Of a stretch of DNA of 9,320 nucleotides, positions 1 to 6,782 are shown piece by piece. The notes beneath the pieces were generated by a model. It saw only the letters and a program-made list of their open reading frames with translations. It searched no databases and was not told the DNA's origin. The translations under genes were made by a program, and so were the position numbers. How positions within the stretch are numbered: position 1 is the stretch's first letter; every line of letters starts with the position of its first letter. The stretch is from Selaginella moellendorffii (taxonomy: Eukaryota > Plantae > Lycopodiophyta): the NCBI RefSeq assembly GCF_000143415.4, contig NW_003314608.1, forward strand, positions 1 to 9,320, written 5' to 3'.

Positions 1-147
1 CAGGTCCGACTCTGTTGGTTGGCTAAGGGAATCACACCACATGTTGATTGACATCTGACTGGTCCAGTTTGCTCCCGCTGGGCTCGACCCGAGGGGTAGG
101 GTGTCAAGAGAGCAGGGCTCTCGGGAGAGCTATGGCTCTCAGCTTCC

Positions 148-186
148 GTTCACGAGGGCGTGAACTTGCAGGGAAACGTGGTGGAT
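148..186 (+). promoter_or_regulatory. Hairpin + PPT-like module upstream of LTR-A
   Basis: GTTCACG-AGGG-CGTGAAC perfect stem (148-165), then purine-rich AGGGAAACGTGGTGGAT abutting TGT. Confidence 0.7.
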
Positions 187-380
187 TGTAAGCAACCAAA
201 GGGAACGACTCGAGAGACGATCCATGGGGTTCAAATATAGAGGGAAAGGGCCCATGAATAAGAGTGCACCCCCTTTTCCAATCGGTTAAGGGTCTTGGGA
301 TATTTGGGGTTAAGCGTCCTTGGGTTTGAATAGTACTGGGCTGGGTGACCTCCCGGGAAGTCCAAACTAAGGAGCCTACA
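187..380 (+). mobile_element. LTR-A (Cassandra-like, 5S-containing), copy 1
   Basis: Starts TGTAAGC right after GTGGTGGAT and ends GCCTACA (6/7 terminal inverted repeat), 2 nt before a tRNA-iMet PBS. The 3' end is firm; the 5' end is inferred from the PPT and terminal inverted repeat. Confidence 0.82.
309..363 (+). promoter_or_regulatory. 5S rRNA-derived fragment (Pol III type-1 internal control region: box A, IE, box C) inside LTR; not a full 5S gene
   Basis: GTTAAGCGTCCTTGGGTTTGAATAGTACTGGGCTGGGTGACCTCCCGGGAAGTCC aligns ungapped to about nt 51-105 of plant 5S rRNA as I recall it (GTTAAGCGTGCTTGGGCGAGAGTAGTACTAGGATGGGTGACCTCCCGGGAAGTCC; 48/55). The 5' 50 nt and the 3' end of 5S are absent. 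Confidence 0.93.
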
Positions 381-382
381 TT

Positions 383-394
383 TGGTATCAGAGC
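383..394 (+). promoter_or_regulatory. Primer binding site (tRNA-iMet), PBS-a
   Basis: TGGTATCAGAGC, the canonical complement of the plant initiator tRNA-Met 3' end, 2 nt after ...TACA. Confidence 0.93.
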
Positions 395-2864
395 TGTTCC
401 TTAGTCCAACTTTTATTGGTGCTCAAGTATATCACCACTAGTGTTGGCATCGGAAGGTCCGAGGAGTGGGCCTATCCTTGAGGAGTAGCAAGTCGGGAAG
501 ACATGGCTCTCCATTACAGTTCATGTATAAACTTGTAGACGAGGTGGTGGATAGAAAAGGGCCAATAATGGAACGACTTTGGGATCTTGGGAACAGTGCA
601 AGGTTTTCCTCATTGAGTTGAGGATGTGATCCGGATGAGCATTTGTCTCAGCAAATTGGCTAAGGTTGTTGTGGTAAACAACTAAAGTTGGGATCACGGG
701 AAAGATAGAGACTCCAAAACAATAAAGGAGTCACAAAATTATCCTCATATAGTTGAGGTTGGTGCTCATGAATGTGAGACCAGAGGTAATGACCGTGGGA
801 GGTCAAATACGGAAGAGGACTCAAGTCCTTGAAATGGTAGCCAGGGCTACCTTTAATAAATGCTGGAACAACTCAAGGAGTTGGGGGGTGTACTTAGGGA
901 TGAGTTGGTGTTCTCATCACATGGACAAGTAGTCCTAAGGGGCAAAGGTTGCCCCCAGAGAACAAAATCAAGTGTCGGAGTAACACTTGTGAAAATAGTC
1001 CTTTTGAGTAGGACAGGAATGCAAGAAGTGTATTCTAGTGAGCTAGTGCCTCATAAGTAGGACCTTACGGGTCTGTGGATTAACTAAGTCCAAAACTGTT
1101 GGATGACTCAAGTAGAGTCAACGGATGGTCCTAAAAGGACTGATGGAAGCATTTGGACTGAGGTGTGTTGTACCCCACAAAGGATGGGAGGGGATCATAG
1201 GATCCAAGGATGAGAACAGAGGGTATCTCATCGATGGCAAAATGTGCCATGCTAAAGTTATGGGAAAGGTGTTCCCAGAAGAAAACAACTTTGACATAAA
1301 GTTGTGTGTGACCTCTATGGTGCAGTGCTAACGGATGGTTGGCATGAGAAAGAGCGGTGTTGGTCTTGGCAAAGACTTAGACACGAAGGGGAAATGTCAT
1401 AGAGGTAGGCTCGTGGAGCCGATGGTGTGGAGACACCAAATGTGCCAAGGTGTGATACCTTGAGGCTATGTTGGTGGGTTCATGAGAACCCCTTGCCAAA
1501 GGAATCCCAATGGAAATGGGAATAGCATAGCCTAAGCTGCAGAGCATGCAGTTGGAGTGTGGTGACCCAGATAATGATGGAGGTGTGGAAGCACTAGCAA
1601 TGAGTTGTAGGACTTGACAACTATGAGGCAACTAAGCAAGAGATGCAAAATAACTGGTTAAACGGGTAAAAGGTAGCTACCCAAGACTTCTTAATAGCAT
1701 AGGGAAGTTGGATATACCCTTACGGGGGATAAGTTGCTTGTGTTGCGATATAGTAAGTCAATGTCATAAAAGGAAATACTCATTGTCAAGGAAGCCATCA
1801 TTGGGACACCCAAACACTCTAGAACACCAGAAGGTGGTGTTTGATGTCGCGAGGGCAATGGATAAAGCCCAAGGGACTAAGTCCCTAGCGAATGATGGAT
1901 AGAAGGTGCTATCCAAATGTCCAAGGTTGCGGAGACAGGAGAGGACTGTTTACCCAAGTTGGACAAAGCCAAAAATGGAATTTTGGCAAGGCTAGGGATG
2001 GGCATATAAAGGCCCATAAGCAACAACGTAATCCCAGTGTGTGGGATTATAGGGTGAGCATACCTGGATTGAGGAACCACTCCCTAGGCTATTGGGTAGG
2101 TTCATCCCTAAGAATACTTGCTAAAGCATGATAGAAAGTGCAAAGCTATCCTCCTGGTCTGGAGGAGAATGACCAAAGGAAAGGTGTGAAGCCAAAAAGC
2201 AAGAAGTAAGGGGATAGAACCGAACCGTAGGAATCAAAGGGCATAACCAAGGTTGGTTATGCCAGCTGGGAGTGGAGAATCAAGTGGGGGCTTGAGGGTG
2301 TTGCCGCTAGCAACCGTGATGCCATGGAGAGTCTAAAATATGGAATTGTCCATGTTAGACTATGTGGCATTTGGAAGGCTTGCAAAAAGGGAGGCCTTAG
2401 CAAGCTGAGGGACAGAGTTCCTTCAAGGTTCCCAAAGACGATTCTAGGTAGCTTAGTACCTAGAAAGGCCAAGTGTAAATGGTTCATGGAATGCGCGAAA
2501 TCAGAGTGGCGCAGCAGAAGCGTGGTCTTGAAGCTTGCCATGAGGCAAGGCTATCAAGGTTAGGGAAGTAGTTCTTGAGTGTTCAAAGAGAGGGCTTTGA
2601 ACGAAAGTCGATGGTCAAGGACTTTCACGCTTATGCAGGAACCATGTTACAGTGGTCGGAGGACTTGCCAAGCGAGATTGGCACGTCGGGGGAACAAATA
2701 CCCTAGTTGAAGGTGATAACTTCAAAAAGGGTGGGCCATGGGGCCGAGCATGGAGGAGTCCATGCATGATCACAGACATGTCAAGTGAGAGGACTTGGCA
2801 GTGTGGAGGAACTAGGTTCCTAAGCTGTGATCTGTAGCGCGCTTTAAAAATAATTTGGTGCACC

Positions 2865-2979
2865 GGCGTGGGGAGTCACGCCAGGCATCTTGTGTGATGC
2901 CGTCCGTAGATGCATATACGGAGGTTGGGTTCGAGTCCCGACCCTCTAGTGCTTGGGTTCGAGTCCCAAATCACTAGGG
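2865..2979 (+). other. Five back-to-back hairpins with two T-loop/B-box motifs (tRNA-like structure)
   Basis: Stems at 2865-2882, 2884-2901, 2903-2922, 2923-2943 and 2944-2979; GGTTCGAGTCC at 2928-2938 and 2956-2966. Confidence 0.55.
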
Positions 2980-3000
2980 TGTGGTGATGGTTTGGAATAT

Positions 3001-3270
3001 GAGGACACTCATATTTCGGTGGTCATGGACTCTCAGTGGGGAGACTGGTTTGGGCACACCGCCAAGCGAGGGATGCCTCGGAGTCGTGATGCACGGTTAG
3101 ATTGCTTAGTGTGAAAGCTCGGCATATCTAACTTGAACGCTTTGGTGCGAGTGGCACCAAGGACGTGGTGAGTGAGATGGGGACACCTAATCTCAGTTGC
3201 TATGGACCCTTGGCCGGAAGGGCTGGCTTGGGCGCACCGCCAAGTGTGGGGGATGCCCCCGGGGTCGTAG
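3001..3270 (+). repeat. Diverged direct duplication, offset ~178 bp
   Basis: CTGGTTTGGGCACACCGCCAAGCGAGGGATGCCTCGGAGTCGT (3045-3087) vs CTGGCTTGGGCGCACCGCCAAGTGTGGGGGATGCCCCCGGGGTCGT (3223-3268); upstream GGACAC and ATGGAC words are also shared. Confidence 0.75.
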
Positions 3271-4297
3271 TTAACAAATTAAAGGTCTGGAAGACCTAGT
3301 ACCTATTGGCAAACCTGTTAAGGTGCCGAGGTGAGATCACTAGGTGATCTTGTGGCTAAATAAGGACAAGGTCCTTGTTTGGGTTAAGGAATAAGGTTCC
3401 TAGTTCAAAGTGTTGATTTGAACTATTGATGATGGTGTGGCTTGGTCAAGGTGACCAAGTGGGAAAAGCACCCTAGGGAAATGAGCTATGTCATTGCGAT
3501 GGCATAGTGTGTCCAAGGAAAGTAGTCTCTAAAGAGACCCATGGGAGGGTCACAAAGTTGGGCCGTGGATAGAGCCCACAGCAGAAGATGCTAAAGAGAC
3601 TTACTAGGGGCGAACACCCTAGTCTTGGCAAAGCAGAGCCTTTGCTAAGGAATCACAAGAATACCTCAAGGAGGGAAGTAGAGATTCGATATTGCTTGGT
3701 GCAACAATCAATGGATAGGAGCAAAAGATGAGTGGCCAAGATAGGGCCGTGGAATCCCTTGGAAGGAATCCAAGTGACAAAGTTAGGCGAGGAACACTAA
3801 TGTGTTGGACGCTAACAAATTCCGGAAAAGGAAGTGTGTTTCCAAGGATGAATTCCGAATTGCTCTGATTTGGCGAAAGTGGAAGCTCCAAGGGAGGGAG
3901 CGGTAAGGTAGCCAAATGATAGGGCCATGGACAGCCCTAGCACAAAGTATGATAAATGGAACTTAGTGCCCAAGGTGGCACGAAATAGAAGAGAGGATGA
4001 TGGTGCCCTCAAGTAATGAGCTTCCTAGGATGGGGAAGTGGAGTTGCACAATCTGTGCAATGCAAGGTGTTGGAGACACCTAGGAAATTGACTTCCAAAA
4101 GTCAAAAGAGTAAAAGTTCCAAGGTGCAAACGTTCAATAGATGGAAATTGAGACTACTTGAGAAGGAGTAGCGGGATTGACTTAGAGAAGGGTCTCTAAA
4201 AGGTTTAGCGAGAACTAAACCAATAAAAGGAGAGAACCACTACATGTGGTCCAATTAGTCTCTAAGTTGGAGAGACAACCCCTTTAAAGGATAGGTA

Positions 4298-4432
4298 AGG
4301 CATGGTGAGCCTTTGGTGTCAAACCATTGAGGAATATGCAAAAGGCATGGTGAGCCTTCAATGGCAAACCATTGACGAATATGGAGAAGGCATGGTGAGC
4401 CTTCAATGTCAAACCATTGACAAATATTGGCT
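4298..4432 (+). repeat. 45-bp tandem repeat x3
   Basis: AGGCATGGTGAGCCTT...CAAACCATTGA..AATAT starting at 4298, 4343 and 4388. Confidence 0.92.
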
Positions 4433-4490
4433 AGGTGCCAAGGATGGAAATGGTAACACATGCGGGTGTTACTTTATAAAATGGTTTACC

Positions 4491-4531
4491 GTTCGATGAG
4501 GACATCGAACTTCGTCTATGGGTGGTGGAGT
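4491..4531 (+). promoter_or_regulatory. Second hairpin + PPT-like module
   Basis: GTTCGATG-AGGA-CATCGAAC perfect stem (4491-4510), then GGGTGGTGGAGT abutting TGTGAG. Same layout and same 21-nt hairpin-to-TG spacing as 148-186. Confidence 0.65.
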
Positions 4532-4755
4532 TGTGAGACACAAAATCCCTAGGCCCCAAAGTAGAGCCGGAAAGGGTGCCACGTGGTAGTGGCCGAAGCG
4601 AGAGCCAAACGAGCGTAACACGTTTGGACCAAAAGCTCCGACTTGAAAAGACAAGAGCGGGAGTGGAACTCCCAACGAAGTGCTCGAGGAACGAGCACGA
4701 AGCGAGCAAAAGGCGAGGCTCCAAAAAGGGACCCAAAAGGACCAACACATGACAC

Positions 4756-5210
4756 GTGGGAGTCCGAAGTGGAGTCCGAGATGGACCCGAGATGGAGTCC
4801 AAGATGGAGTCCGAAGTGGAGTCCGAGGTGGACCCGAGATGGACCCGAGTTGGAGTCCGAAGTGGAGTCCGAGATGGACCCGAGATGGAGTCCGAGATGG
4901 AGTCCGAGATGGAGTCCGAGGTGGACCCGAGATGGACCCGAGTTGGAGTCCGAAGTGGAGTCCGAGATGGACCCGAGATGGAGTCCGAGATGGAGTCCGA
5001 GATGGAGTCCGAGATGGAGTCCGAGGTGGACCCGAGATGGACCCGAAATGGAGTCCGAGATGGAGTCCGAGATGGACCCGAGATGGAGTCCGAGATGGAG
5101 TCCGAGATGGACCCGAGATGGACCCAAGATGGAGTCCGAGATGGAGTCCGAGATGGACCCGAGATGGAGTCCGAGATGGAGTCTGAGATGGAGTCCGAGA
5201 TGGAGTCCGA
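4756..5210 (+). repeat. Minisatellite of 12-mer GATGGAGTCCGA and 11-mer GATGGACCCGA in higher-order units
   Basis: Parsed directly: higher-order units at 4756-4848, 4849-4941, 4942-5046, 5047-5127 and partial 5128-5210. Confidence 0.95.
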
Positions 5211-5228
5211 AGTCGAGACCGAGACCGG

Positions 5229-5260
<32 letters not shown>

Positions 5261-5366
5261 TCGGGACCGAGACCGAGACCGAGGCCAAGGCCGAGACCGA
5301 GCCCGAGCCCGAGTCCGAGTCCGAATCCGAGTCCGAGTCCGAGTCCGAGTCCGAGTCCGAGTCCGG
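5211..5366 (+). repeat. Hexamer microsatellite (GNCCGA) x ~26
   Basis: GACCGA run grading through GGCCGA/GCCCGA to a GTCCGA run. Confidence 0.95.
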
Positions 5367-6371
5367 AGCCTGAGAGGGTGAAAGCCCAAAGCATTCGTCT
5401 CCCAGACCCTGGGGGGTTTGGTGAGCTCCAAAAGTATAGTAGGGGGAGGACTGTAGTGGAGCCAGTTTGGCTAGGAAAGGCCAGTTTGGCCCAGGAAGGC
5501 CGGACCCAGTGTTGGGTGATGAGCTGCCCACTGAGAAGTCCAAGACTAGAGTGAACACGGACCGACAAGTGGGGTAGCTTGGTGAAGTGTTCAAGAGCCG
5601 GCTCTAGTTCCCCCGGGAGATCGACTGGCCGATGCTCCCAGTCCAAGTGTGGGTGGCACTACCTACTTGGATACCTGGTGTGGCTCAACGGAACCCGCTC
5701 TAAGCCCATGGCTAGAGCACCCAAGGGCAGAAGGCGAGGAGAGTACCCAGGTGGCTCGTTTAAGGCCACGGTGTTCCGAAATGTTGTCCCAAAGGCCCAG
5801 ACTGTGGAAAGGAAGAGGAGCAGTCCTCTGGGGTAGTGACCAAGGACACAGTCGTGTGGTGAGGAAGTCCCAGAGGACCGTGGGACTTAGTGGTCGGGCC
5901 TGTGGGTCTCGATCCAGTGGCAGTGTTGGCAAACATGGCCAGGGGCAGAAAGGGACTTAGTGGGGACTGACAGAGGGATATTGGGGAAGGCTATTCCCCT
6001 TGTCGATGGGCATCCTAAGGATGCTAAGGAGTGGATCTGAGATGACCACTCACGGATGGTTTGCCTAGTCTTGGAGAGCCAAGACGGTGATGCAAGTGGT
6101 ATTGGACTACCAGTGTGGCAAAGGTGATTGGGCATGGCCTTAGCGTAACGGGCTGCTATGTCGGTGGTACCTTTGAGTGTCAGTCATGGGATCGGACACG
6201 TGGAGCACTTGGACCAAGTGCAAATGTTGAGTGGCATGGATGCCATTCTCGGGGCTAGCAAGTCCCAAGTCCTGGATTGGACTTATGGAGGTTGTGAATG
6301 AGACTCCTCCAAGTGGTCAGAGGTGTGGTTAAGTGACTAAAGTAGAATGGAAAATTTAGTCGCTTACAATT

Positions 6372-6383
6372 TGGTATCGGAGC
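6372..6383 (+). promoter_or_regulatory. Second primer binding site (tRNA-iMet, one G-U wobble), PBS-b
   Basis: TGGTATCGGAGC (11/12 to canonical), 3 nt after the LTR-end-like GCTTACA (6362-6368). Confidence 0.8.
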
Positions 6384-6535
6384 GGTCTCAGGTCCGACTC
6401 TGTTGGTTGGCTAAGGGAATCACACCACATGTTGATTGACATCTGGCTGGTCCAGTTTGCTCCCGCTGGGCTCGACCCGAGGGGTAGGGTGTCAAGAGAG
6501 CAGGGCTCTCGGGAGAGCTATGGCTCTCAGCTTCC

Positions 6536-6574
6536 GTTCACGAGGGCGTGAACTTGCAGGGAAACGTGGTGGAT
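6536..6574 (+). promoter_or_regulatory. Hairpin + PPT-like module upstream of LTR-A copy 2
   Basis: Identical to 148-186. Confidence 0.7.
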
Positions 6575-6768
6575 TGTAAGCAACCAAAGGGAACGACTCG
6601 AGAGACGATCCATGGGGTTCAAATATAGAGGGAAAGGGCCCATGAATAAGAGTGCACCCCCTTTTCCAATCGGTTAAGGGTCTTGGGATATTTGGGGTTA
6701 AGCGTCCTTGGGTTTGAATAGTACTGGGCTGGGTGACCTCCCGGGAAGTCCAAACTAAGGAGCCTACA
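6575..6768 (+). mobile_element. LTR-A (Cassandra-like, 5S-containing), copy 2
   Basis: Identical by eye to 187-380, with the same flanking PPT and PBS. Confidence 0.82.
6697..6751 (+). promoter_or_regulatory. 5S rRNA-derived internal control region fragment, copy 2
   Basis: Identical to 309-363. Confidence 0.93.
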
Positions 6769-6770
6769 TT

Positions 6771-6782
6771 TGGTATCAGAGC
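6771..6782 (+). promoter_or_regulatory. Primer binding site (tRNA-iMet), PBS-a copy 2
   Basis: TGGTATCAGAGC after the second LTR-A. Confidence 0.93.

Larger units (their letters stand above)
4532..6368 (+). mobile_element. Putative second, unrelated LTR (LTR-B, ~1.84 kb)
   Basis: Bounded by PPT module + TGTGAG on the left and CTTACA + PBS-b on the right. Only one copy lies in the window, so the boundaries are inferred; an alternative start exists at 5452. Confidence 0.5.
187..6768 (+). mobile_element. Non-autonomous LTR retrotransposon with 5S-bearing (Cassandra-like) LTRs, unusually large, in tandem array sharing LTRs
   Basis: Two identical 194-bp TG...CA repeats (187-380, 6575-6768), PBS directly after each, PPT-like tract directly before each, 5S domain inside each, no recognisable coding sequence between them. 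Confidence 0.85.

Noticed and set aside
91-110. Alternative LTR-A start at 102 (GAGGGGTAGGG-TGTCAAG)
   Set aside because: Poorer terminal inverted repeat with GCCTACA than TGTAAGC at 187, and it lacks the conserved hairpin module. Not fully excluded.
259-380. Functional 5S rRNA gene / 5S rDNA tandem array
   Set aside because: Only the internal control region is 5S-like. The 5' portion and 3' end are missing, and the context is LTR end plus PBS.
444-455. Third PBS-like word TGGCATCGGAAG
   Set aside because: Several mismatches to tRNA-iMet and not preceded by an LTR-type CA end.
860-2863. Many 60-95 aa ORFs on both strands (duplicated at 7248-9251)
   Set aside because: Their lengths are expected by chance and none has gag, RT, RNase H or integrase motifs. 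Conservation between copies merely reflects the recent duplication.
2855-2979. Bona fide tRNA gene
   Set aside because: No proper 7-bp acceptor stem, no canonical 7-nt anticodon loop, poor A-box, duplicated T-arm and no nearby T4+ terminator.
3486-3870. Degenerate gag zinc knuckle (CHCDGIVCPRK) and protease-like words (TING, MNSE)
   Set aside because: No CX2CX4HX4C spacing, no D(T/S)GA, and interrupted by stops; too weak to call.
4298-5366. CRISPR-like array
   Set aside because: The repeats are contiguous with no unique spacers, and the context is a eukaryotic retroelement.
4431-5646. Long ORFs (168-387 aa) in all six frames, including Ser-Asp and Arg-Pro repeats
   Set aside because: They are open because the mini/microsatellite nearly lacks stop codons. 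The products are low-complexity with no recognisable domain, and the resemblance to SD-repeat or RS proteins is coincidental.
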